Below, piece by piece: positions 13,857 through 26,005 of a DNA stretch of 64,000 nucleotides. How positions within the stretch are numbered: position 1 is the stretch's first letter; each line of letters begins with the position of its first letter. Source of the stretch: Geosiphon pyriformis uo1 (lineage: Eukaryota; Fungi; Glomeromycota); the NCBI GenBank assembly GCA_016748015.1, contig JAAOMT010000439.1:455527-519526 (forward strand). The letters are read 5' to 3'. Made by a program: the position numbers and the translations under genes. The notes under the pieces were generated by a model. That model did not search any database and was not told where the DNA came from. It saw only the letters and a list, made by a program, of their open reading frames with translations.

Positions 13857-14387
13857 TAGGAATTGGTTAATTTCAAGGAAAATAATTAAGAATTTGATTT
13901 TTTGAATTATTTGATATTTATTTTGTTTCTGCGTGTAAAGAATGATTCTAATTGATAAATCTAAGGTAAGATATATTTTCTCGAAAAGAGAAGCTTTTCT
14001 TTTATACAATTTGTTATAACACTATTCTATGAACTCGAACTTTGCTATTTTCTACAATTTCATTAAACTAAAGATATATTTTGGCAAACTACAAGTTATT
14101 TCTGCAAACTATTAGATATTTCAGTGAACTATCAATTATTTTGGCAAATTTCTACAAATTTCAATGAACTTTTTAAATTTTACATAGTTCAGGGTATTAC
14201 ATAATTGATCATTGCAATTAGATTACATTTGTGTTATGTACAAATTGGGTTATTAATTAAATAATAATTTTGGACATTTTGCTAATGTAATAAATGATAA
14301 TTTGAAATGATAATATATGCTAATTGATGATAAAAATTATAAAGATAATTTCATGCTAAATAATATCTCTAATTTTGTCTGGTAACA
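13857..14387 (-). repeat. Truncated 5' LTR of copy B (U3 half only)
   Basis: Matches 6013-6543; fused directly to mid-gag sequence (ttgata|taggaattgg). Confidence 0.88.
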
Positions 14388-15244
14388 GTGTTAATCTTTT
14401 GAACAACTTCCTGGTGGGTGTGGTTTGGGTCTTTTTCAGTTCTGGTTTATTTTTAGGCAATTTTAAGTGTAATGCTTTTTACTTTTAGTGTGGAACTCCT
14501 TTATCTGGTGTTCTTGGTGAGTCTATGTATTTCAGGTGCCTTCCCTCTCTTCGTCATTATGAAATTGCTTTTGTTGAGCAGCTTCAGTACTGTGATGGAG
14601 CTGTTTTCGACTAGAAGACTTTCAAGCAGTGGAAGAGACTTGACTCATGTGGTTCTGTTCCTGTCTGGTTTGGTGCTGCCATTTGGCATCTTCATAATTT
14701 TGGTTCTCTTAATGTTTGCTCTTTTTTTCTAGACAGTGCTGTTGCAAAAAACATTCTTAAATCTCATAAGTTTAGGACAATACATAATCAATTGTTTAGC
14801 ATTAGTGCCTCTGGCTTTTCTGTGTACACAAATGGTTCTTTTTGTGGTCTAGGGAGTGTTAATATAAAAGCTGGTGCTGTTGTGTTTTTCGAGAACATTG
14901 ACTTAGGTCTTGGGATAGAAGTAATTGGTATAGTGTCTTTTACATTGGCAGAGCTTCAAGCCATAGCTTTGGCCCTTGAGTGTGTGCCTAATTTGAGTTT
15001 GGTCTGTTTATTCTCTAACAGCCAAGCTGTCTTGGATGTGTGTAGAACTGAATTATTATTGTTGATTCTGGATTTCCAGAACAAATATTGAGTTAAACAT
15101 TAACACATCACTGGCATCATATGTAAAAGAAATTTGAATGTTGGCTGGTATAAGATTAAAGAACACTCAGGTGTTATGGGTAATGTGCAGGCTGATTTGC
15201 TTGCTGGTGTCTTTTTTCATTCAGTCTGGCTCTTTTTCCCCTGG
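14388..15244 (+). pseudogene. LINE ORF2 fragment 2: RNase H
   Basis: VYTNGS (decayed VYTDGS), AELQAIALALE, FSNSQAVLD, KIKEHSG..GNVQADLLA are RNase HI motifs. Confidence 0.87.
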
Positions 15245-16237
15245 TATTACTGGAGATTTTTGGTCTCTTTTTTTGAATGTTGTAAATGTTGATTTGCTGT
15301 GAATTTACGTTTTCTAAAAGTAGTTGAACCTCCAATAACTGAATTTATCTTCAAATTATCTTCTATAATTTGAACTGCTGGGCTTATAAGTGGAATGACC
15401 AATTTCTTGCCAGTTACTTTATGTAGTTACGTTGTAGTAAATGTCAACTCTTTCCCAAAAATTGCTTGTCTGGAAGCTCACTAAAAATGTGTAGTTACTT
15501 TGCTGTAAAAATCAACTCTTCTACAAGAATTTTGTCTGTAGACTACCCTAATGATTGTAATAAGAAAAGAAAAGAAAAATAAAAGAAATGTAAAAGAAAT
15601 AAGATTTTATCAAGGGAAATGTTTTCTATCCAGGCCTGGAGTTACTAACAGTTTATTGAAATTGGTAGCTAATCAATTTCAAAACATTAGTTGGATTTTG
15701 GGGATTTTCCAAGTGCAATAATTAAAGAATTTGGTTTTTTGAATTATTTGATATTTATTTCTTTTTGTGTGTGTAGGAATAGTTTTAAGTGATAAATCTA
15801 AAGTAAAATATTTTTTTTTGAAGAGAAAAGCTCTTTTTTTATACAACTTGTTGTAGTACTAGTCTATGAACTTGCACTTTTTCTCTTTGCTCAAATTTTG
15901 GCAAACTAAAGATATATTTTGATGAACTACAAGTTATTTTTGCTGAACTATTGATTAATTTGGGTGAACTATTCATAATTTTGGCGAATTTCTTATAAAT
16001 TTCGGCAAATTTCTGTAAATTTCGGCGAATTTTAGAATGTTACAAAGTTCAGAGTATTGTGTAATTTGATCATCCTACTTTCTGTTATACTAATTAGATT
16101 ATTTTAATTGAATCGTAATATGTGATAATTGATTAAATAATAAATGATAATTTGAAATAATATTAATATACTAATTAATTATAGGAATTATAAGGGTAAT
16201 TTCATGTTAATTAATAGCTAAAATTTTACTGGTAACA
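15245..16237 (-). repeat. 3' LTR of copy C
   Basis: tattac...ggtaaca, direct repeat of 24171-25178. Confidence 0.93.
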
Positions 16238-16926
16238 TAATCTCCTTCTCAAAACTGAGCTCTGTCGAAGTCCAAGTACTATCTGTAATATTGAGATAGT
16301 AATCCAAAATAATTGAAGTAATCTGGTCTGAAAATTGTTGAAATTTCAGTTCTGTGAGTTTGCCAATGTATTGGACTTTCATTGGTTGCAGTATTGGATT
16401 TTGTAGAACATTTTCACAAGTATTAAACAAATTATAGAGTCTAAAAGCTGCTCTAAGTTTGTAGCAAGTATTTGTTGGTCCAGCTGCTGTTTTGAATTCA
16501 TTGTGAATTTGTTTTTGTATAGCTTTAAGAGTGAAATTTGTTGCTTCAAGTTCCAGTTTTTGTTCATAAAGTATCTTTCCAATATGAAAGTATTTATAGA
16601 TAGAGATGTGTTCATTGTTTTGTTCATTGAGAAGTAGTAGAAGTTTTTGTTGCATTGTAGCATTTGGTGAAATGTCAATAGGAGCAATTAAAAAATTTTC
16701 TTCCAGTGCTTGTTTCAAAAGTCTTGGTAATCTATTTTCCGAGTGACTTCTTGTTTTTCTTCTATAAGGATAATAGTTCTGTGAATGATTTGCTACTGGG
16801 GCTGTGGTTTCTTTCTGAATGTAATTAATTTGACTTCCATTAATCATTATGGATAAGTCAAAAAATGTTTTCAAGGCTAATATTAACTTTTGGGATATTT
16901 GTTGAATATTTTGGGGAATAATTATG
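16218..16926 (-). CDS. Copy C ORF3, accessory protein of about 230 aa (most intact copy)
   Basis: 218-aa open ORF 16218-16874; upstream codons align with the F ORF3 start; runs through the PPT into the LTR. Confidence 0.8.
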
Positions 16927-17047
16927 GTAAAATTGACTAATTATGAAAATAGAGAATAAAGAAAATTATTTTTGGGTATGAGGTTTTTATTTTGTAATTA
17001 TTTACTATTTTTGTCTTTGTGTTTTTATTAAAGAATTATTGTAAAAT

Positions 17048-18433
17048 TTAAGTGTTCAAGTTTGGTTGTTGTTCTATTATAATTATTGGTTCTAAATTTT
17101 GGAGGATATCTTCAGGATTAATTAAAGGAGAATGTGTACCAATTTGTGGAATTAATGGTTCAGGATTGTTTCTGAAATAATAGTGTTTCAATCTATCTCC
17201 ATGTGCAATTTTTAATAGTATCTTGTCATCAAGTCTTAATTTGTATGATCTATTGCCTAGAATTTCGTGAATATAAAATGGTTCATCCCATTTATGTTCA
17301 AATTTTCCACTTTATTGTTTTTCAGCCTTAGTTCTGTGTAAAAAAACTTTATTTTCAACTTTAAATTCGTTGGTTATGGGTGATAATTTGTTGTCATGTC
17401 TTTCTTTTTGTTAAGCTTGGGAATGTTCAATATAAGTTGCTGCTATTCTTCTTTTTCCTTCCAGTGTACTAAGAAGAGTGTAGGCCCTTCTTTGGAGTGT
17501 TTCTTGAAAGTTCTCTTCATTAATTGGTTGCACAGAGTATGTTTCTATTGTGAAATTAATTAATAATGTTGCTGTCTTTCTATAAGTTAAATCAAATAGT
17601 GTGTGTTTCATAGTATCTTGTTTTAGTGTTCTGTATGCTAGTAACACTGATGGAATAAAGATATCTCATTCCTGCTCAAAGTTTGTTAAGACTTTGGCTA
17701 AAGATTCACACAATGTTCTGTTGAAATGTTCTACAAGTCTATTTGTTTAAGGGTAATAAGGTGATAATAGAAGTCTTTTGACATTGAACCATTTACAAAT
17801 TTTTTGTATCAAGTTGTTCACAAAATGTGTTCCTTGATCAGATAAAAGTTCAATTGGGCATCCATGTCTACAGATAATGTCTTCATAGATGAAATTTGCT
17901 ATTTATTTTACATCTGCTCTTTGGATGGCTCTAGCTTCAGGCCATTTGGTGAGATAATTCACTGTAACTGCAATATAACAATTTCCTTGAGTTGTGATAA
18001 GTAATGGTCCGACTAAATCAATTCCAACTCTGTCAAAAGGTTGTCCAACTTTAATTGGATTTAAAGGTTTTGTGAGGTGAGTTCCTTCTTTTCTTTGACA
18101 ACTATCACAAGATTCTACATATTGTCAAATGTTTTTTTGCATGTGAGACCAAAAATAATGTTCAAAAGTTCTTAGAATTGTTCCATTTTTTCCCAAGTGT
18201 ACTGAAGAAGGATCTGTGTACATGTTGTATAGAATTGGTTTTTTTTCATTTTCCTGTACTAATCTGAGTGATTGGTTTGAGTTTTTATGATTTTTGTAAT
18301 AGATTTTGTTGTGGTGTATAAAATATTGTTTGGATTGATGTTGTAATCAATGTTTTTCACTTGGAGACCAATTTTCTGGCATAGTGAGAGTTTCCAAGTA
18401 GTTTTTGATGTTGTTGTAGTTTTCTGAATCTAT
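17048..18433 (-). pseudogene. Copy C integrase ORF
   Basis: Start codon decayed to ATA (18431-18433); HHCC, GIDLVGP, SDQG remnants; LEPIIIIEQ tail. Confidence 0.88.
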
Positions 18434-18500
18434 TGTTGTTGATCTTGTTGTTTGTTCTGCTGTTAAGTTTGTTGGTGTTTTGTTGGTATTGATGTTGTTA

Positions 18501-21500
18501 TTAATATTGTCTTATTCTTGAGAGGCTATTAACATTGGTGTGTAGTTTTCTTAGTTTGTGATGTACAATGTATCTGTAGTCTGCTAGGAAGTTATTCTAT
18601 TGAGACTGTTTGGCACTTTGTTCAGTTTTCTTTTTATTAAGCCATTTGAGGCCAATATTGTTAATTATTATGTCAAATTCTTTTTCATTCTTCAGATATT
18701 GTTGAAAGTGTTTAAGAGCCCAAATGACTGCAGTGGTTTTCAATTCAGTTGAGCTATATTTGAGTTCTGTTGGCTTGAATATTCTGCTGGCATAGGCGAT
18801 AACTTGTTCCTGGCCATTTTTATCCAATTGTGATAAGATAGCACCAAATGGTATGTGTAAAGCATTAGTGGCTAATTGGAATTGTTTGTTAAAGTCTGAG
18901 TAAGCAAGAACTGGGGCTGTTGTCAATTTTGTTTTGAGAGTTTTGAAAGCTTTTTGTTGTTTTTTAGTCCATTTGTATGGTATGTTTTTGTTGGTAAGAT
19001 AATTGAGTGGTTTGGCAATTTCTGAGAATCTTTTTATAAATTTTTGATAGTAAAAGGCTAATTCTACAAATTTTTGTAGTTCTGTGGTATTTCTGGAAGT
19101 TTGAAAGTTTTTGACAGCACTGATTGTTCCAGAATTTGGTTTGATTTCATCTTTGCTAACAATGTGTTCAAGGAAGATTAAGCTTGTTTTTTCAAAGTGA
19201 CATTTTTCAATGTTTAACTTCAATTCTGCTTTCTGTAATCGTTGAAAAACTTCTTGCAGGTGGATAAGATAAGTCTCAAAGCTTGATAAGTATACATCAG
19301 TGTTATCAAGATAGACAACTACTAATTGCCACAAGAGTCCTTCATATACAATATCCATAAGTCATTGAAATGTTGCTGGTGCATTACAGAATCCAAAAAG
19401 CATAACATTGAACTCATAGTTTCCTCCCTGAGTGATAAATGCTGTTTTGAGTCGGTCTTTTGGGTCTATTTTGACTTGCTAGTATCCACTTTTCAAGTCT
19501 AAAGTTGAGAAGAACTTGGCTTTTTCTAGAGCATCTAGCATGTCATCAATTTTTAGAAGAGAGTAAGCATCTCCAATTATCACACTGTTCAATTGGCAAT
19601 AGTCAACACAAAATCTGATTTTTCTATTTTTCTTTTTGACAAGAACTATTGGTGAGACCCAAGAACTTCTTAATGGTTGAATCAATCCGTTATTGAGCAT
19701 TCTCTGGACTTCTTCTCTGATGAATTGGTGGCTGGCAGGTAACACTCTGTAAGCTTGCTAACATTTTGGTGGAGCATCTCCTGTATGGATCTGATGTTGA
19801 ACCATATTTGTTTTTCCCAGATCATTGTTGTCTTTTGCAAATATATCTGCAAATTCAGCTATCAATTGTTTCAATTGTCTTTGTTGTTGAGGTTCTAAGG
19901 GACCCATGTTGATTCAAGAGAGTTTTTCTTCCAAAAAGTGGTAGTTTTCAGTAGTGAGAATGATATTTGGATTTGGGAGTAAAGCATGCCTTACAATTTT
20001 GATGAAATTAAAGACAATTTGAGGATTTTTACCTTGAAAAATATTGCTGTATATGATTCCAATCTCTAGTTTGTTTAATAAGACAATAGAGTAATTATTG
20101 AGGTTGTAGAATGTAACTCGAAATTTTTTCATTCCTTTGGGAATATAAACGTTTGGAATTAAGATTTCATGCTTCAAACAGATTTGTTTATTAGATTCAA
20201 AGATTTGTTGTATAGTGGTTGGTTTTGAGCAAGTGTAAATTTCGTGATGTTCTCCAAAAAGTGAAATGGTAATTGGCTGGGGAAGTTGAAGAATCTGGTA
20301 AGATTCATTTTGTGTATTAAGAGCTATGTTTACTGGAACTGTAAATTGTCCAGTTGAACCAAAACCTTGAGTTCCTCTTTCACTTTTTCCCAATTGTTTT
20401 CTGTTGTTTACTGATTGTAAACCCGAAATATTAATTAAGGGTAAGTAAATTGCTTGAGCAATTTTTTTAGCATGTTTAATTTTGAATGATTTGTCTGTCT
20501 CATTTTGTAACATGATGATAATGTCTCCAGTATATCCTGCATCTATAACTCCTCCTCTAATATTAATTCCTTTGCTTGCCAATGATGATCTGGAGGCAAT
20601 TTGAACCATTGCTCCTGGTGGAATTTCAAGAGCAATTTTGAGATTGATTTTTGTCAAGAATTTTGGTTGGAGAACCAAAGTATCTTTTCCTGGATACCTT
20701 AAGTCATATCCAGCATCAATTTCGTGTGCTTTTTCTGGTCTGATTCCTTGGCCATGGTTGTCAAAATATTTAAGTTGTAGAGGTGGTTGCTTTTCAAGAA
20801 GATAGATGGGGGTTGTTGGTAATTTTTCTACTAGTTCAGATACTCCAAATTTGATTTCATTTTCATCATTATCATCTGGCAAAAGAATGTTAAGAGCATA
20901 ACATTCTAAACACCATTGGTCATCACAAAACATAACACATTCTTCACACAATTGAATGTTCATTTGCTCTAATCATTGAATTTGAGCTTCTTTAGTCGGA
21001 TATGTGTGGCTTGCAATTTGGTGGTAGGTTTCTACTTCATCTTCATAATCAAATTCAGCTAATTTCATAGTATACTTAATGTATTCAGCTTCTTTTATTT
21101 GGCAGACATCTTTTTGGATGGCTCTATTGATCAATGCTATTGCTAAGTCAAAAATCATTTTAGCATCATGAGAGTAGTGGTAAAGTTTATTGAAAGCACT
21201 GTTGTATGCTGCATCAAATGGTGTTCCTCTTCTGACTTTTTCCGAAATTGATAGAGCATATTAACAGGTCTGATCACATACTCCTCCTCTCATTGCTACA
21301 TCAATCCAATTGTATTCTTCTAGTAGCATTTTTCTACAAGTAAGGCAAGGAGTTTTGTCTCATTTTCTACTTCTCTTTGGGAATCCAAATCATTCTCTAT
21401 GGCATGTCTTGTAGAAGTAACAAGTGTGAGTTTCATATTCTTCTTCTAAGGAAATACAGGCTCTCATAGATGAAAGCTTTTTTTTGCAATCTTTGCATTT

Positions 21501-24125
21501 TAGTAGAATGTATGGTGGTTCTTTTCGTGGTTCTGGTATGGAATATCTAATTTTCTTCCATCCTCTTGATTCTTTGAAAATCTCTTGTTCTGTTTCCTTA
21601 GCCCAATTGGATAGTAATCCAAGAGCCATGTAAGTTTTAATAAGTGGCATTTCTTTCTCTTCTTCAAATTCAAATACTGGAGCTTTTTCTGATTGTTTGT
21701 TAAAGATACCACAGATTGCAAGTACTATGGTATATTGTCCTTGGTATGAGATTTTAAGTTCTTGAGTTTCCCAGTTCAGGTTTGCATTGGCCTTGAGAAG
21801 CCAATCATTTCCGACTAGAGCTTGGTATTAGAGTGCATCCATAACAAGAACTTTAACTAGAATGGTGATTCCATCAATTGTAAAGGAGAAATTATTAATT
21901 TCTCCTATTGGAGTCTTCTTTATACCATCAACTATGACAATAACTGTTTAAGCTGGTCTGTCTATGTTTTGTTTGAGTTGTTACATTAGCTGGTAAGTGA
22001 TGATACTTTCAGCCAATCCACTATCTAAAATTAAGTGAATAAGTTTTTCTTCCACTGTAGCTTCTGTGTACATAGCAGTAATTGCTTTCTGTTCATTGAC
22101 TGCTGTATTACTAAGCAGAAATGATGATTCATTTGCTTCAAATTCAAATGAAAATATATCTAACAAATTAGCATTTTGGGCAATTTGAGCTGGTGGAATG
22201 GTGTGATTGGAAGGGTTTGATCTTGGTGCTGCAACTTCACCTTCAGAAAGTGCAGTTTGTTGAAAATCCGATTTTTCTGGTATTGTAAGATAACTGGGTT
22301 GAGTGTGATAGTGATTGAGTCTTTGCTGACCAGAATTTCGGGGAACCAACTAGTTATTTAGATTGATTCTGTTGTTGTTACTTTGCGATTGATTTTGGGG
22401 TGTGAATTGGTTATGTTAAACCAATCTCCTTGCTGGTACTTAATATTGTTGAGTGGGTGATGTCTGATATGGCTGAATTGGTAAAGATTGCTGATATTGT
22501 TGCTATATTGGTTGTGAAGCTGGTGGATAGTAACTGTTTTGATTTTGTGGTCTTAGTAAATAATAGGTTGGTGGTGGAGATTGGTAATAAGATTATTGTG
22601 GTGAAGAGTAATATTGATTATTCCTGTTTTGTTGGTCTCTTTGTAATTTCTTACAATTTCATTTCCAGTGTTCTGGAATTCCACAATAATGACAATTTTG
22701 AAGTTGGTTGTTGGATGGTGATCCAAAATTGTTTTGGTTGTGTCATTGTGGGGAGTTGATATCTTTGTAGTTGTTGTTGCTGTTATTGTTGGTTTGTAAA
22801 GTAACTTTCAACCTTTTTTGTGAGTTGGTCTATCTTCTCTTCAGCTGCTAAGCTGGTTTCTCTAATTGCAAGGTTTACAAGCTTGGTGTGATTTGCTTCT
22901 TCCATTGCCATTTCATAGCTTTTTGCATGTTTAATAGCAGTTGCTAAGTCTGCTAAAACATGTGGACAGACTTTCTTAATTAGTTTGTCTTTTAACTCTG
23001 CTATAAACTGTCCAAAATCTGAGCATCAGAATAGTAGTCATTGGTTTCCAATTGTCAGATTTGTCTAAAAAGTTTGTTAAATCTTTCAAGATAGGTTATA
23101 ACAGTTTCAAATGTTTCTTGTTTGATATTGCAAAAGTGGTTTCTGAGAGTAATAGAGGTATTGTTGTCAGTGAATTGTTGTAAAAAAGCATCTTTGAATG
23201 CTTGCTAGTTTTCAAATAGTTCTTCTAAATTTTCAAACCATTCTCTTGCTGTTCCTTGAAGAAAGTAGGGAATTGCTTTAAGCATTCTTGCTGCAATCCA
23301 ATCATTTGCATCTCCTGCTTTTTGAACTTTGTCAAGCCATTCTTGAAGACTGGTATTATTGTCTTCACTAGTGAATTCTGGAATTTTTGCAATGTAAGCA
23401 GTTGCCATTTCTTCTTCGTTTTCTGTGATTTTTTCTGGTTCTGATTCAGTTTCTTCACTTTCCAAGCTTTCTGAATGATTACTTTCGTTTTCCTGTAAGT
23501 AATCAATGATATTGGCACTTGTTGATATTGGTTCTTGTTGTTGAGTAAGATTTCTAGGTGACTGAAAATCTTCTGGTCTGGAGAAATAGTTAAGTGGTGA
23601 ACTTGGTGTTTGTGGTTAAACAAGTGAAATTGGAAATGGTGTAATAAAAAGTGGTAATTTAACACTGGTTTCTTGTTTAGGTGTTTGCAAGTGTTTGGCA
23701 GTTGTCTTTGATAGTATTGGAGTGTTTAGAGTGGTTTTTGAGTATTGTTTCACTTTTTGTTTGTCTTTGTTGCTTGTCTCTGTTTCTGATTCAAAGTTAA
23801 AAGAGTATTTGGGCTGTACTGGGTATTTTTCTTTACAGTATTCAATAATATTAAAATTAAGTTCTTGGAAGTAGGTAGCAAGTGTTTCACTGTTCAGGTC
23901 TTCTGTTTCCAATTGTGAATAGTGTACTAAATTATTGTAGAGGTTGCTTCTAACTTCTGAAATGTTGTAGTTTCTAAAAAGATAATTGTTGATGTGATTT
24001 TCAATATATTGGTATACTGATTTCTTAACAACTTCAATTCCATCTGGGATGTTGAATCTTTGCTTGCAGTGGGTGTAAATTAACTGATAATACTCTAGAG
24101 TTGTTGTGTCTGGTGTGGTCGCCAC
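18501..24125 (-). pseudogene. pol: Copy C ORF1 (Gag-PR-Cys-rich domain-dUTPase-RT-RNase H)
   Basis: aaaGTGgcg at 24125; ORFs 23616-24125, 23205-23465, 21981-22349, 19914-20963, 19479-19745, 18597-19358; ends SRIRQY-TAA at 18501-18503. Confidence 0.9.
20345..20775 (-). CDS. dut: Trimeric dUTPase domain within ORF1 of C (all five motifs intact)
   Basis: DAGYDL, ASRSSLA, GVIDAGYTG, KIAQAI, RGTQGFGSTG. Confidence 0.93.
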
Positions 24126-24170
24126 TTTAAATTTGTTGTTGCTGTGTTATTTCCGTGGAAGAGCACCAAA

Positions 24171-25178
24171 TGTTACTGGAGGTTTTTGGTCTCTTTTTTT
24201 GAATGTTGTAAATATTAATTTGCTGTGAATTCACATTTTCTAGAAGTAACCTCTAATAACTAAATTTATTTTCAAATTATCTCCTATAATTTGAACTGCT
24301 GGGCTTATAAGTGGAATGGCCAATTTCTTGCCAGTTACTTTATGTAGTTACATTGTAGTAAACGTCAACTCTTTCCCAGGAATTGCTCGTCTAGAAGCTC
24401 ACTAAAAATATGTAGTTACTTTGCTGTGAAAGTCAACTCTTCTACAGGAATCTCGTCTGTAGACTATCTTAATGATTGTAATAAGAAAAGAAAAGAAAAA
24501 TAAAAGAAATGTAAAAGAAATAGGATTTTATCAAGAGAAATGTTTTCTATCCAGGCCTGGAGTCACTAATAGTTTATTGAAATTGGTAGCTAATCAATTT
24601 CAAAACGTTAGTTGGGTTTTGAGGATTTTCCAAGTGCAATAATTAAAGAATTTGGTTTTTTGAATTATTTGATATTTATTTCTTTTTGTGTGTATAGAAA
24701 TGGTTCTAAGTAATAAATCTAAAGTAAAATATATTTTCTTGAAGAGAAAAGCTCTTTTTTTATACAACTTGTTGTAGTACTAGTCTATGAACTTGCACTT
24801 TTTTTTTTTGCTCAAATTTCGGCAAACTAAAGATATATTTTGATGAACTATAAGTTATTTTCGCTAAACTATTGATTAATTTGGGTGAACTATTCATAAT
24901 TTTGGTAAATTTCTGTAAATTTTGGTGAATTTCTTATAAATTTTGGCAAATTTCTGTAAATTTCAGCGAATTTTAGAATGTTACAAAGTTCAGAGTATTG
25001 TGTAATTTGATTATCCTACTTTCTGTTATATTAATTAGATTATTTTAATTGAATTGTGATATGTGATAATTGATTAAATAATAAATGATAATTTGAAATG
25101 ATATTAATATACTAATTAATTATAAGAATTATAAGGGTAATTTCATGCTAATTAATAGCTAAAATTCTACTGGTAACA
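24171..25178 (-). repeat. 5' LTR of copy C
   Basis: tgttac...tggtaaca; adjacent to the PBS. Confidence 0.93.
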
Positions 25179-26005
25179 TCAGCTCAAGGAGTGTTTTATT
25201 TTGGCAAATAGCAGTATTGTTTCTAATAACTCTTGACACTTTGTTCGTAATGTTTTTCAGTCTATCTATTGCATATGCTGAGAATTAGGTTTTGGCATTA
25301 AAATTGTGAACAGTCATCTACTTCCAAATGTTGATTGGTCTAGATTGTTCCTTGTTTGGCATCCTGACTCTCATATGATTACTGGCTTTATGAGTTACTA
25401 TTCTACTGGCTTCCATTCCTATTTTATGAAAGCTTTACATTATAAACTGCCTATTGCTATTTGCAAATACCTCTACAATAAACATTACCTTAGTGTGGTG
25501 TGTTTGTATTGCAGCAATGTTGAAGTGTTGGATCATGTGTTCTCTTGTGTGTTTGATGCAGCTGTTTAGCTCTAATTGTTTGTTGATTTTGCTTCTGCTT
25601 GGAGAGTTGTTTCTGGTCTATCCCATGCCTTATCTCTTGTGTCACAAATGTTATCTGATTGTTTGACTGATTTAGGTCTGGTTGCTTCTCTATGCAAAGG
25701 TTTTGTGCTTGTGGATTGGTATTAGAAGGCCACTTCCTGCTTTGACGACTCTAAAACTGCATCTAATAAGATGGTTGAGTTTGTTTGCAGTTTGTGCTTG
25801 TCTTTTAAAAATGATATTTGGCTGGTCTGCTCTAAACATCAAGCTTTTATGGAGAAACACAGTTTGATCCCTCATGATAGTTCGATTCTTGTCTCAGTGT
25901 TTGGTGATATGTTGATGCTTTCAGCTCATGTGATTAGACTGCTTGGTATTAACAATGCGTTTAGTGTTAGTTTTGGGTTGTGTAGTTCCTGTTGGTTTTT
26001 TTTGG
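25179..26005 (+). pseudogene. LINE ORF2 fragment 3: C-terminal Cys/His region
   Basis: FMKALHYKLP, VVCLYCSNVEVLDHVFSC (CxxC..H..C), FKNDIWLVC; continues fragment 2 across insertion C. Confidence 0.82.

Larger units (their letters stand above)
5565..14387 (-). mobile_element. Ty3/Gypsy LTR retrotransposon copy B (5' region internally deleted)
   Basis: tgttac...ggtaaca termini, perfect TSD gtgt (5561-5564 / 14388-14391), gag-PR-dUTPase-RT-RH, IN and ORF3 remnants, PPT gaggaggag next to the 3' LTR. Confidence 0.95.
15245..25178 (-). mobile_element. Ty3/Gypsy LTR retrotransposon copy C (full length, decayed)
   Basis: LTRs 15245-16237 and 24171-25178, PBS at about 24153-24168, PPT at about 16238-16252, TSD ctgg/tcag. 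Confidence 0.95.

Noticed and set aside
16218-16926. ORF3 as an env gene
   Set aside because: No signal peptide, furin site or transmembrane segment, and it is too short.
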